Source: Geosiphon pyriformis uo1 (Eukaryota; Fungi; Glomeromycota). Taken from it: DNA of 64,000 nt. Under the pieces are notes generated by a model. The model did not search any database. It was given only the letters and a program-made list of their open reading frames with translations, and was not told the origin of the DNA. Shown one piece after another: positions 11,684-25,776 of this stretch; the first letter of the stretch is position 1, and the number at the start of each line of letters is the position of its first letter. Made by a program: the position numbers and the translations under genes. Location of the stretch: contig JAAOMT010000521.1 of assembly GCA_016748015.1 (NCBI GenBank), positions 156,907 to 220,906 of the forward strand, in the 5' to 3' direction.

Positions 11684-12740
11684 TTTTTATTAGATGTCAA
11701 ATTTATTTAGAATAATAATTTTTCAATCGTTTTTTTTTCTAGTTTCAAAATATACCTTTTTAAATGGTTTTAAATGACAATATCTATCTTGGCTTTTAGA
11801 TTTTGGGAAACTAATCTTTAAAAGGTTAAACTAGATACTAAATCATTGTCTTTATTCTACTTTTCAATTCAAATGATGAACTCAAAAAGCTATGGTAAGA
11901 GATTACAAATAAACCCAAATCTCTTTTTAGTGTTACAGTTCACCAATTTTTTGAATAGTACAAAATACTGAATATTAGTCTATACCTGCATAAAGAATTG
12001 GGTGGTGTTTGATAATCTGATGCGCCGCTGTAAAATAAAAAATACATAGTTAACTAGAACAAAATAAATTTTTGTTTTAATGTTAAAAATTGAAAAATTT
12101 CAAGATTTATTGATATTTTAATTTATTTTTAAAATTTAAATAATATTTTTTTGTCTAATGTTTTTTGAAACAAAGAATAATTATAATGTATATGATAATT
12201 TTAATTATTTATTATAAATTCAGTATTTTTATTCTTTTGAAATATGATTAATTAATTAAAGTTTATTTTATTTTATATGTGCAACTTGCATTTTAAAATA
12301 AAATAAATTTGATTGTCATATTAATATTTTAATTTATTCTGTTTTTTTTTAAATAAATAATCATAAATCTTGTACTAGAATATTTTTATTAATTTGCATT
12401 TATGCTAACATATATTAATATGTATTATAGTTTTATTTTTAAAATAATTTTTTTTTATAATAATTTTAATATTTTAAAGTTGAAAAGTATTAAACTTAAA
12501 AATGAACCATTTTTAAATAATCCTTATTTTTTTAATATTATATTTTAAATCTGAAAAAATATTTTTTATAATCAATTGATAAAAAAAATATATTCTATTA
12601 TATTGAAATAATAAAACTATTTAGAGTATATTCCTTAAAATAATTATTAGAAATAATAGTTTTTTACCTTCAGGCAAAAAAGACTAATTCTTTTAATAAT
12701 TAAAATTAGATAATCAAACAATACACAAAACTCTACTAGA

Positions 12741-13390
12741 TTAGATAAACCAACTTTTTGTTTCTTCAATCATTTTCAAAGTTAGAACACGACTTTTATA
12801 AGCTGCTCCTGGATGAATCTTTATCGTTGTTGTTGTTGTTGTTGTTGTTATTGAATAATTTGTTATCGCGTTTTTCTTCAACATTTCTTTTATATTGTTT
12901 TCTGATTCCTCGTTAGCTTTAGATAGCTTATATATGTAGTAAAATTTCCACAACTGCTCTTCAACTTCCTTGGCATCCCAACACTTTAAAATTATTTCGG
13001 AAATATAAAATAAATAAGAGGGAGGTAATTTCAGATCTTTGACCATTTAAAATAGCCATTATAAGAAGGTGGTTCATGAAGGACGATTCTGAATCTCATG
13101 GAAAATATTTGAAAGTCTTAAGAGGCAAAAATAATTAGGCTACTGGCAACGATATATTTGAAGTTAAAAATATAAAAGCTTTTGTGGTTACAGGATTTTG
13201 AATTTCGAAAATGTTCTTGTCTAAAATGGAAATTCTTTGAGAGATTTCTATGTCCCATCCTTGATAATAAAAATCTTTTCTCAAAACACGCCAAAGACTT
13301 TAAAATAAAACGTCTGAATATTGATAAATTGATAATTAAGTAGAGAACGTGATTTGAATTATTAAAATTTTCATTAAGCAAATTATTCAT
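12741..13390 (-). pseudogene. Heavily deleted TKL kinase pseudogene
   Basis: Fragments GHRNLSKNF, ISEIILKCWDA..EVEEQLWK and IHPGAAYKSRVL match the C-lobe and tail of this kinase family; the catalytic loop is lost. Confidence 0.65.
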
Positions 13391-14325
13391 TTTATGATTT
13401 TTCTTTTTGGGGATAAATTTTGTAATTAGTCGAGGCTATTTTTCGCGCGCGTTCTATCAATGAATCATACAGTTAATCATCAGCATGTGAATGCAGTCAA
13501 AAATATGATCCATTCTACATTATTCCAAAAAAATCTCTTTTGAGTAACATTAGATTTTTCGTTATAAAGCATACTAAAAATAACACAATTCTTCCAACCA
13601 ATTGTATTTTCATCTTTAATTTCTTTGTTATATATATCTGAAACTTCAGGAAAAACTGGGAAAATAAACAGGTTTTATGCATTTTTAGGAGGTACAAATC
13701 TATCTACTAGATTGGATCGTGTGACGATTTGGATAGTATAAAAAGCTTTATTAGATAAATACATGTATGTACATGCACCCAAGGATAAATCCTTTTCTTT
13801 ATTTTTATTTTTATTAATATTAATAATAATATTATTATTTCAAAACCGAAAAATGCGCAGGAATTGTAAATTAAAAAAGATTAATACTTCTCTCTTGAAC
13901 CTATCTATTTTTTAATTTCTTTTGGCCCTTCAGATTCGAATCATTTACAATATAAAATAAGCCTTGTTTCAAAAAATGGAACCATTTATTTATTAAAACA
14001 TGTATCTTTTCATAATTATGACGTATATTATAGATAATTTTGGTATAGATCGGTAAAATGCGTAATACATGTACATGTTTGTTTCGCCACAACGAGTTAC
14101 ACAATCCATGCTGCATATTAACTTTTTCATTGGATGGTTACTATAAATCTGTTTCCTTTTCGACGTTTTTGACTTTTCAAAAACCCTCTTTTTTTTCATA
14201 GAAACTGTTTACATACATTTTGTCTTTTCTAATGAAACAAAACTTTTTAAATTTTTTACTCTTACATTCTCTCAAAAGCCTCTAAATAATTTTCAATCTA
14301 AAAAAATAGTTTCACAATCCCCCCA

Positions 14326-15397
14326 ATGTCTATCGTTCTTTCACCACAATTTGAAGTTTTCCCTCGCCCTTATTTCTCGTTTGCTGCATTAGTTGAAGCA
14401 GAAGATGAACTACCATTCGTTGGTTATCAACCCATCACACTTAGTCAATTCAATTTCACGGATTTTGGTCAAAATCAGTCTTTCATTACAGATCAGAAAT
14501 CCAATTTTACTCTAGAGAATCCGATTGATAACGCTCACGATCCGCGAGAAATTATTACCGAATTAATCGAGTTCATTTCAACACAATTCAAACATGAACT
14601 TGATCATAAATGGACCAAATATTTTCAAGAAGAGAATGATTTTTATGAAACTTCTTTCTTTATTTTGGGTCAACCTCAATTGAAGGAAAATTCTCAACAA
14701 CCTGAACTTGATCATATTGTTAAACGACAAAGCAGACTTGATCCTGACTTGGAACAAAAAATCTCTACCTTCTCGGATAAAGTGGAGATGGAAACTGTGG
14801 TGAATGAGGCGGAAAATGAAGCGCCCAAAATCGAAATAAAGAATCGAATCGAAAATGATCCAATAGTAATAAAACAATCCAAGTCATTACATGATTCATT
14901 GAATAAAATCATGGAAGAACCAATATTGAATGAAAATTTGGTAAGCATACATACACACATACATATACTGTACATTTATATACTGGACATGGATTTTTTT
15001 TAATTCATATTCCAATTTTTGTTCAATCCTGATGTTATAGCAGATAAAGCCATTCAACATTCCTGCATCAGTTAAAGGCTCATCACTTCCCGTATCTTAC
15101 AACCATTGGGGTATTGATGATGATAATGATGATGATGATGATGATGATGAGAGGGATATCCCTTTATTGGGCGATTTAGAATACATTGATGACGAACCAA
15201 TGTCTCTTAACCATCGCAAAAGTTTCTTTGACTCGTTGTTTCGCGGCAAATCAAAAATCTCAAATAAACGATCATCCATAGGATCCATGAAACAACCACG
15301 AGATGAAGATCAACCACGAAGTTTGGAAGAACAAGAATTAGCCAGAGCTCGTCGAAAATCTGTCACGGCTACTTTTCAAAGTCAAGTCCATGTTTGA
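14326..15397 (+). CDS. Hypothetical acidic protein (~320 aa, 2 exons)
   Basis: Exon 1 14326-14940 (GTAAGC donor) joins in frame to exon 2 from 15041 (TAG/CAG NAGNAG acceptor), which continues into ORF 15167-15397; poly-Asp tract from (GAT)n. Confidence 0.75.
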
Positions 15398-16489
15398 TTG
15401 GTAGAGATCATGTTGAGATTCAAATCTAAACATGAAATTTTGAAATTTTAAATAGCTTACATATCATTGTAAATATCCTTTATAAAAATTTTCGATTCAA
15501 TTTATTACCCCCTTATAACGTGAATTGGCTATTCTTATTACTAGTGTAAAATTTTGATTTTATCGTTTTTTGGTTGAATAAAGTCTAGATTTTTCAACTA
15601 TGTAATCGATATTCATTTTCAATAGCGTGAAAAAAAAAAGTTACACTCTATATGATCTATTATTAGATTGATATGTTACCTAGTTTGGGTGTTTATCGAA
15701 GGGACTTTTAAATTTCGTGAGAGATGAAGAAGGATGCATTTTAATATTAGATTTGTAAAACCTAACTTATTTCTGTATAATAAAAGAAATTTTTGCATTT
15801 AATTTGGAAATTAAGCAGCATTCATAAAATTTTATTATGGATAAAATAGTTTTTTCAAAACTAATGTTCCCAAAAACATTTAATATCTATTATAGCTTTA
15901 CGAAACTTGGAAAACCAATATGTTTTTTCTGAATCTTTTTGATATATCTCGGTCTTACTAACTTTTGCTTCTTTAACAATTCCTTTTGTAAATCATTATC
16001 TCCCCATCTTTTCGAATTTTGACTGAAAGGATCAATTTATTTCTAAAACCTATAGTTAACAACACAATGAGATGAACAATGTTTTTATTTAAATACATTA
16101 GACTTAAAAGACAAGAGTTCACAGAAGGGAGGGGTAGCAGAAACGAGTCGTTCTCAGGCTTTATTCATATTCCAGAACTTTGATATTAATACACTTGGTG
16201 AAGATTAAATTATGGGCTTTCAATATACTCAATTTCTTTCTTCCATTAGACCCCAAAATATTTTTTATTCTATAGAGTTTAATAAATGCACTCATCTAAG
16301 AATTGAGGTAAAAAGATTCTTAAAGCCGATAACAAAGTAGTTTCTAATAATAATACAATTGGTTATATATATTCGCTAAAATCCAAGATAATTTGCAACC
16401 TTAAAATCATTATCAAAACACTTGGATTGTGAGGTGGAAAAGTCTTATAAAGAAATTTACCAATATTAAAACTAGTAAAGAGTAATTAA

Positions 16490-16620
16490 ACCTTAGTTTT
16501 TCATTTAAATTCAACATAGCAAGACGAACTCTTTAAAAATCTTTTTTTTTTTTACCTTTACAAAAACCAGCCAAGGCAAAAGATTCTTAGGATATTGTTA
16601 TGATAATGGAATTGCTAAAA
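16490..16620 (+). pseudogene. Short relic of a Sel1-repeat gene paralogous to 41116-41847
   Basis: AGCAAGACGAACTCTTTAAAAAT matches ~41033 upstream of the Sel1 gene; CAAAAGATTCTTAGGATATTGTTATGATAATGGAATTG resembles ~41420-41473. Confidence 0.55.
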
Positions 16621-17867
16621 TGTATTAAATGATGCATTTTTGAAATACTTTGTTTTTTGCTGCCATCATTCACACATATTTGCAAATTTTTATTATATGT
16701 CATCAATAAAAAGAACTTACTTTAAACCATTATTTATTATATATTGTGTTGTTGGTTATTAAGATTATTAATTGTTTGATTTTGTGTTTATAATTTCAAA
16801 AATTAATTTTTTTTGTAATTTTATTTTTGCTTGAAATTTCTTTTTTGATTAGACTTTAAATTTTGATTAATTTTCTAACCCAAAATTAATAATAATTTAA
16901 AATTAATTTAAACAAATATTTGATATACAATAAATTTAATAATTAAAATATTAAAAACTAAATTTAAATTAAGATTAATAATTTAATTTTTTGTTTACCA
17001 AAAAACAAAAAATCTTATGATGGCTATTTTAAATAATAAAAAACCTAAGATTACTTTTTTTCTTTTATTTTTAAACTTATTGAAAGTATTGAGGTGTTAA
17101 TTCTAAAAATCGTTTTGTTGCAAAAAAGTTGAAAAGATGTTTTTGAAACTTTTTTGAAATTTATTATGGGTAAGTCTGTAATTAAGAAGTTAGATTTTTT
17201 ACATAAAAGATTTTCAATGATTATCCAATACAATTTATAAATAAATCTTTTGATATTGCTCTTTCAACATCATTTTAAAAAAAGTCATTTATCTTTCTAA
17301 AGTTAAAAATTTAAAGGGTTTAAATTTTTAATTATATTTAATTTTTAATACTTCTTTCTAATTTCTTATACAATTCTTAAAAAACAAAAATGTTAACCAC
17401 TGTTTAATTTAGTAAAAAATCAATTTACATTAAATTTAATTGCAAAAAAACAATTTAAATATTTTAAAAAATTTTTTTATTGGAATGTTTTTTTCCTGTT
17501 TTGTTGTTTTAATAAAATGTAAATTACTTTTACACTCAAAATATTTATATTTTTACTGGTCGTTTATGGATAATTGACTAAATTAAATAAGAGCATTTAT
17601 TCCTAAAAATACCCAAAACCCAAAAGTGTTTACTAAAAGTAGAAAAAAATTTTCAACTATATTTCTTTGCCATTTTCCTGACCCTTAGAATGTCAAGGCC
17701 GTAGTTTTTGAAGTCCAAATGCAATAGCTAAAACTTTTTATGCTAGCCGAAACTCAAATTTCTTAATTTAATGAGTCATTATTGCTAATTATCAGTTTGA
17801 AAATATCTTATTTAACGCCAACATGTCCCACAATTCACTACTCATATATGTTCCCCTGTTTGACTGT

Positions 17868-17875
17868 TATATATA
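17868..17875 (+). promoter_or_regulatory. Putative TATA box of the U2 snRNA gene
   Basis: TATATATA located ~30 bp upstream of the inferred U2 5' end. Confidence 0.5.
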
Positions 17876-17905
17876 CCCTTTGCGTTCTCCTTAACGAGCT
17901 CTTTA

Positions 17906-18091
17906 ATCCTCTCAAGCCTTTTGGCTAAGATCAAGTGTAGTATCTGTTCTTTACAGTGTAATATCTGTAACAGAGTTCACTGAACTCTTACGATATTAGA
18001 CTAATTTTTAACAATAGAGCCGAGTCCCTAGCTTGCTAAACTCGGCTCGTGGTGTCCCTAGTATTGCACTATCTCTAGGTTGACGCTATTC
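17906..18091 (+). ncRNA. U2: U2 spliceosomal snRNA
   Basis: Canonical GCCTTTTGGCTAAGATCAAGTGTAGTATCTGTTCTT with branch-recognition GTAGTA; stem IIa TTACAG/CTGTAA; stem IIb AGAGTTCA/TGAACTCT; Sm-like AATTTTTA at ~18003; stem III GAGCCGAGT/ACTCGGCTC; stem-loop IV with loop TATTGCACTA. Confidence 0.97.
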
Positions 18092-20711
18092 ACTATGTCA
18101 CTAGCAGTGGGGAAGGATGAATAATAAAGAAAATTATATTGTAAAGATTCTAGGAATAACATTAGGGTGAAACGTCGCTATGATCTCAATTCATAAAATA
18201 AAAAATTTTAAGTTTGCCTTATACCTAAAAAATTTTATTCTTTCATAATTAAAAAATCTATTTTTTAAGTGCCTATCGACTGAAGTTTTCTGCGGTTTTT
18301 TCTTGCTATTTATGAAAGCAACAAATTGCCCCTTATAAATTTTTTGATTATAAAAGACTGTTAAATAGCTGTGTTACTTTTATGGGAAAGAGGAGAAATT
18401 TTTATTTATTTCATTGCTTATTTTATTTTGTTATAAACTTGCGATAAACACTATACTTTTTTCAGCTCACATTAAATAATTTGATTTTAGAATGACCATA
18501 TTTGCAACATCGTTGTCATATCTTATCTGCTCATGAAAAGTAAATTTAGACTTTTTATTTTAGTATTTTCCAGGTTAGCAATATAAATCATAATTTAAAT
18601 ATTTTTAACAGATAAAAAGTTCATAATAATAATTAATTAGACAACTATTTTGACACAAATTATTATTTATATAACCATATTGATCAAAATATTGTTAAAC
18701 TAATCAAAATTCATAAATTTTAACATAAAGAAAATAAGTAATCATAATATGATTTATAATTTTGTTTTAATAAAGTTTTTTTTTTGGAGAATTCAAAAAC
18801 ATGATTAACAATCCATAAATTTATTCAGTCAATTAAATTTTAAACACAAAGATTTCAAAAATTTATTCAACTAATTTTAAATTAATGTAATTATTGATAA
18901 AATTTAAAAATATAAAATCTGTTAAAAACTTTATAAATAGTTTCTCAAAATAAAATACAAACCTAAACTTTAATTAAATTTTTAAAAAAAGCAGTCACAA
19001 TAGCATTAATCAAACATTTTTTAAATATAATACTTGACATAAAAAAATAGTTTAAATAATTAAATTACAACTTTTAATATTAATTATATTTTTTAATTAT
19101 ATAAAAAAACGTAAAATTTAATAATCAAAAATTTGTTGTTTATTAAAAATATTTTAATTTGATAAAAGATTATTAACCAATTTTATTATTTTATTATCTT
19201 GCATTTTACAAAAAATGTATATAATCTGTATCAAAATAGGTAGTTTCAACTTTAATTTTAATATTTGCAAAAAAATAAAAATTGAAAGCTTCAATAATAA
19301 AACAAAAGAAATTTGTTAATTTATTTTTTTAAATCTTTATAAAAAAATATTATATGACTGATAATGTTCAAAAAATGTTTTACTGTTATTGAAGTTTAAC
19401 ACAAATTTCAAAATATATAGATTTTAATAAAAAATATGAATTATGTTAAAATTAAGCAAAAAAAACTAAAATTTATACTAATTCACAAAAAATACCAAAA
19501 TTTTATGATTGATGACTGGTAATAAACAACGTACTAAATACAATAAATAAATATTTTGAATAATATTTGAATATATATTTTTTTTTAATAATAATTTTGC
19601 TTTCAATTAAAATTTTGTATAAAACAGCTTTTATATTTTAAATTTTATTACAAAAACTTTGTTTTTTTTTTATTTTTTATTTTATATTCTTATATTATGG
19701 GAAAACAATAATAAAAATTTAATCTTTTCTTATTTTGTCATTTCAAAACAATAATACAAATTTTAATTTTTTCTTATTTTATTATTTCAAAATACTTACA
19801 AAATTTTCAAATCTATACTTATAATTTTTTTAATTATATATAAGACATTTTTTGAACAAAATGTTGTGATAAATTTAAAGCTATAAAAAATCTTTATAAA
19901 TAAAGAAAGAATTTTTTTGATTTCCAATAATATATATTTGTAAAAATGCCTACTTATTGTCTAAATACTGTTGTAAAATATTTAAAGGTTTTAAATTTGC
20001 ATTAATTTGTTGTTAACAAATCTGTTTTTTTTAGACAGTGCTAAATTGTGATATATTTTAAACTTTAATTCAAAAAATCAAACTCTTAAAAATTTAAAAA
20101 CAGTTCAAAATTTTCAAATTTTAGTGATTATAATTTATTACAAAGTTTATCGTCAGATTATCTTTAAGTCCATTAATTTGCAAATTTATCGCAGTAGTAT
20201 TATATTTAATTTCTAAAGAATAAAAATGTTTAATCAATTAATAATTTAGATAATTAAACGTAAAATGTAAACTAATATGTTATTAATAAAATTTAGAGAT
20301 AATTTCATGCTAATCTTTGGTTCAAATTTCAGCTAGTAACAATCGTTTCTGCTTATGTATGAATTATAATTCCAGCCTGTTGTAATCAGGTTCTTTCATG
20401 AATTTGCAGAAGTGACTACTATTTTTTGGAAACAACTATCAATATACCTGTAAAAAATAGATTCTGATTTTTAATACCAGAGGGTTTCATATTTTTTAAA
20501 ATAATAATTTCTATTAAAAATATTCAATAATATTTTAAACTTGCTTTGTTTTTCAAATAATTTACGTGCTATTCAAAAATATTTTTAAAAACAATTGTAA
20601 ATTTTTATTATATATACTAATAGAAGTGCTTAATTGAAAATAAAAACAGGTTTTAAGTGATTAATTCATTTGAACTTTAAAAATAAATTTTTCCAAGTCA
20701 TAGTTTTCAAT

Positions 20712-21272
20712 CTATTCTTTAGTAACAATGACTGAAATCTTCTCATCACCTCTCGGTTCAAATTCGCCTTTACCATTCATATTATACCTTTGATAATCAT
20801 TGCCTAATAACAATTCTTTAGCTTCTCGATTTTCATCTCCGTTCTTTTCTTCATCTTTTTCTTTTTTCTTCAAGCTCTTACTATCATTATTCTCGGAAAA
20901 ACTAGGATTTGTCCTGTATTGTTGCTGTGATTGTGAATGAGTAGGTTGACTTTTGTGCGATTCTTGTCTTGTATCTCGTATCGTTTCTCGACTTTTTGGG
21001 ACTTGGGTCCCATCTGCTGTTATTATATATGTCATATCTGGATTCCTAACTATATTTTTAGTCACGCCATTATTAACATGACTAACGACAATTTATTGAG
21101 TCGAAGTTGAAATAATTTTAAAAATATATATACCATTTATCGTATTTTTTGTTAAACGATTCGAAGAAGAGGAAGAAATTGCTATTCTGGAGCGATTACA
21201 GATTAAGGAGACCCCAAAGATGAGCATGAATAAAAAAATTGTGAGAACTATGAAAATTATAATTTTTTCCAT
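20712..21272 (-). CDS. Hypothetical protein with N-terminal hydrophobic anchor and charged, disordered C-terminus (exon junction uncertain)
   Basis: ATG at 21272 gives MEKIIIFIVLTIFLFMLIFGVSLIC; downstream hydrophilic ORF 21065-20712. The obvious donor (~21132) and acceptor (~21083) phases do not match, so a frameshift or another splice site is possible. Confidence 0.45.
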
Positions 21273-22130
21273 TTAAGGTTTCTTTGTTAAAAAAAATTAA
21301 AATAATAAAAAGTTTTAGAAATGTTGCTATTAAAGTTGGGGATATTTCAATCAACTTTTCAAATTTTCAATTTTCAACACTGAATTAAAAATTTGTCTTT
21401 CCTAAAAACTTTTATTTCTCTCTCCCAATATTAGAAGAGAAAAAAGATTAGAAGTTTAGAATTGATACGTGACATAATATTGGCTTGTCAAGGTCAATTA
21501 ATCCGATAAATACTTTTTTTTTTACTTCTGAATTGAAATGTTATAGAAATTCTCATATCTATTTCAATTGAAAAGATGTTTTAGCCATGGCGGCTATCCA
21601 GAACCTTTGTTACTTATTTCAATTTCGAAGATCTCTTCGAAATTTCAGTATCAAGAAGACAAAGATATTATTTGTGTTTCGTATCATCCCATTAACAATA
21701 TAAAGCTTCTCTTTTCTTATGGCTTGTTATAATCTAAGCCATACTTCTTTTAAACTTATCATTATTCATATTTTTCCCTTAATCTGTGATTCAAGTGAAT
21801 CGGCATTTTAGAACAGATAAAAAGAATTGGGTAGTTTCCGTAACAAAATGGGTTAATTATTATATCAAATTTTTCATGACCAACTCAGCAATTGATAACT
21901 TTATAAAGATTATTAATATGATTGATTGATTGATTGTTTTATCATATATTTTGTAAAATGATTTCATCAAATCTTATGATTTAAAAACAATTGTAACATC
22001 ACATTTATAAAAGTTCTCCCATATTGGAATTGCATTTATCTCAAAATTTTTGACTTTTGACAAAAAAGAAAAATCATTTTATAGCTAATTAATTATAATG
22101 AGCCAAAATACAAATTAATAAAAAACAGAA

Positions 22131-22162
<32 letters not shown>

Positions 22163-23156
22163 AGTTTAATGCCTACTCGATAATTATTTAATTGAAAACT
22201 TTTTGCTTATTAAAAATAGAATTTTTCTCAAGGTATAAATACTTTCAATAAAGATACTGATTAATAAGATTTCTTGGTAAATATTTTTATTGCTTTTTCT
22301 TTTATGCAATTCAAAAATATTGTCCAATGAAGTTTAGAATTAATGATAATTTTTGTCGCAACAATGTCATTGTTTTTCTCGGAGTCTTCATTGTTAAATT
22401 TTATTAATTTTTTGGCTTGAAGAGCTATTTTTGATATTTAATGGAAAGCAATAACAAAGGAACAAGACTCCTAAAATTATTTCACGATAGTGATTTGCAA
22501 TTTTAAAAATTCCCTTCACCCCGATTCATCATATCAGGTATGTGACAGATTGAGATTTTGGATGATTGGAATGTGACAATTATTCCCCCAATCACTCTTG
22601 ATAATTATCACAAAAATGTTACCCTTTAAAAAAAATCAGATGATCCTCATCACTTGCCACCATTTAACCACCTCAGAAAAAAACATATAGTCGATATTCG
22701 AAATTTTCACCTCTGATTTCTACAAATCATGTCAAAAAAAAAACCATTTAAAAAAACACGTAAAATTTTCAATTTACTATTAAAAATTCGCGTCCTAAAT
22801 AGTTATCCCAAAAAAATTGTTTACCAATAGATTAATGTTTTCAAAACATGCCAAGACATTACTTCAAGTTCCTAAGAATTAGTATAAAATCATATTATTA
22901 TAAATTGAACCAATGTACGACTAGGGAAATCTTTGATTGACAATTTTTTATTTTTATTTCTCTTTTTCCAACAAAAATTAATAAGCAACGGAAATCGTAG
23001 ACATCTTTGATCGTTTGTTGTTATTTACCATTCATAAAGTACTTTTGAAACTATCGTACATCTCAATTCTGTCATACTAGAAGATTATGCTTGTCTTTGG
23101 TAACATGGCTCCTTCATTTTCAACTTTGTCAACAATAGGCCTTCACTTTATTAGGT

Positions 23157-24476
23157 ATGTCGAAACGTCGCCGAATCATCAAAACTGAAAACCCAAAATC
23201 TTCAAAAAGAATTTCTATTTCGTGGGCAACTACGGCAAACAATTATACCTTACCACGAGCAATACCCTCTTCAACATCAAGACCACAACCAACAAATACT
23301 GAAACGAACGCTCATTTAACCGCGCTCGCTCCCGAATTATTCATTCACATTTGTAAATTCGTTCCTCCCGAAGATTTGATTTCACTTTCTCATGTATGTC
23401 GTAAATTTTATGGTTACCTCACCTCGGAATCTTGTACCTCGACAAATGTGATGTGGCGAGAATCACGCCTTGGTTTCTTGGAACACTTTAGTGTACCACC
23501 ACCTACTTTCATGTCTGAACAAGAATATATTAAATTGATTATTGGCAAAGGTTGCCAATTATGTCCTGAACGAAGACCCAGGACTTATTGGATTTCTTGG
23601 ACTTTTCTGGCCAGGTGTTGTTGTCCTTGTTTTACCAAGAATCTTTGCTAGTAAGTGAGTTATTTGTGACTTTGTATTTTTGAGAGGGTAACTGAAATTT
23701 GAGTCTATTTGGAAATGTTTTTGTAATTCCCGAAATATGTTCATAGGCAAACCATAATTGTTGCTTCTAAATTACCAAGATATCTCAAATTTTGATATTT
23801 CATGAAACTATTAGAACGAAAATTCAAATTAAAAAGTTTTTTCAATCGAATTTAGGAACTTTAAAGTCAAAAAATATACTTCTTTAATACTCAATCTACA
23901 CACTCTATTCCCTTTATTGTCATTTCACTCTTCCATAGTCAACCAGATATTGAAAGCAAATATGGAATTCCTTCCAAAATTTTCTTGGCACTTCCGTACA
24001 TTGATAACGGTGGCAACCCTTTTTACAATATGCAATTTAACACCGCCAGCCCAATGATTACTCGAAAATATTGGTTACCACAAGCAAAGAAACTTCATCA
24101 AGAATACCTTTTGACTGGCATCGACGAACGACCTGCTCTCCTTAAAAAACGGCAAAATTATGCCTTTCAATTAATGTCCACACAACATGATCGATGGAGG
24201 AATGAGCTCATGTTCAAACATTCACAAATTCAGGATAGACAAGAGGCGAAAAGTACACGTCGTGAAGAAATTAAAAGACGAGTAGAAATAATGTTAAAAG
24301 AAACTTTGCCGGATGGGACATTATGCTTTGAACGAAATTGGATTCTTAATTTTTCTGAAGTTTATCGTAAGGCTCTGAAGGCTCCATCAACTCGTCCGTT
24401 TACTAATCGCGCTTGGTCAATTTTCCGTGGAAAACTCGTTACGGAATATAATTGTAGGACCTTTGATTATGAATAA
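23157..24476 (+). CDS. F-box domain protein
   Basis: LTALAPELFIHICKFVPPEDLISLSHVCRKFYGYL is an F-box motif, followed by GCQLC..RCCCPC. Exon 1 23157-23650 (GTAAGT donor) joins exon 2 from 23939 in frame with ORF 23985-24476. Confidence 0.88.
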
Positions 24477-25535
24477 TTCTTTGTTATGGATGATGATATT
24501 AACAGGTAAACTGTGTGTGTATGTGTGTGTGTCTGTGTGTGTGTGTTAGGAGACTTTGAATTTTTATTTGTAAAGTATGACTAACAGCATTTATATTTTT
24601 TTGTACTCGATTAACTTTTTTATTTTCAGCCTACAAGTTTAAGTCATATTTTAAAGTTTTGTTAAAAATTAAATAAGACCGCTTTTTTATTTGGTAAAAA
24701 ATTACAACAGAGAAAAGTCATGAAATAAAAATAAGATTCCAAGCATTCATTCTTTAAAATCTTTAATAACCAATTTTCCTACCTTTTACCCCCTGAACTT
24801 GAATCTCACATGTGTGATTTTGAGTTTGTCAATTAGTTCACAATTCTTAATTTTATATTATAAAAAAATAAATAACTGTCTAGGGCTAAATTGACGAAAA
24901 ATCCATTTTGGTCTTCAATGAGAAAGAAGTTTTTTATTTTTTTATTGTGAAAAAAGGTTATTGTGGGAAAAAGTCAAATTAATTTACGATTATGCAATCG
25001 TATGTAATTGGTAAAATGAGAAGATTTATTTCTTTTTTAACAAATATGTTTATAGTTTTCCAAAAGAAACTTTAAATCAAGAATATTTATTATTTCTCTT
25101 TCAGAAACATTTTTCAAATAAATCATCCATACTGCCTACCTTTTATTTCAAAAATTTATCATGAGAAACCTGATACATGTGAACAGGATATTAAAAGATT
25201 TGTAAGTAATAGACAAACTCTCTATTCCATTTTAAGACTTCTTAATTAATCTTGGCTGTGGAAAAGATTCATAATGTCTTTACTCAGCCTATTAACTTCA
25301 ATAGACAAGGTCTTTTGAAAAAATAGATTTAATCATCGTCATAAATTTCTTTTTGATTGCCCGGCGTGAAATACTAACCAAATCCGGTTCTAAAGGCTGT
25401 GATCAAAAAGGTAGCAAAGTAAAGTGGCTCGACCATTACTATTTGCTTTTTAGAAGCCAGCCGTTGTTAAGCGTGAGATAGGATTTACGCTTGTTATGGG
25501 AGTATAACGTTTGATAATGAGGAAAAAACAAAAAA

Positions 25536-25537
<2 letters not shown>

Positions 25538-25598
<61 letters not shown>
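25538..25598. repeat. Poly-T tract (61 nt); similar tracts at 26905-26968 and 30335-30396
   Basis: Directly visible homopolymers. Confidence 0.95.
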
Positions 25599-25603
<5 letters not shown>

Positions 25604-25776
25604 CCTTATAGTGATTGAAATGATTGGGAGTCTTGGAAATTTTTTGGTTATACTATTTTTTTATTTTATTTTTTAAGATTTTTAATTTAGTTTGAATAAT
25701 TTCAAATATTTGAACAATTTCCTAAAAATTATTACTGATCATAATCTAAAAAAAAAAATTATTAAAATAACAAGAG

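Noticed and set aside
25161-25192. TGAGAAACCTGAT resembling a TPP riboswitch core
   Set aside because: No room for P2/P3 and the downstream TAAT..GCG.AGGGA elements are missing.
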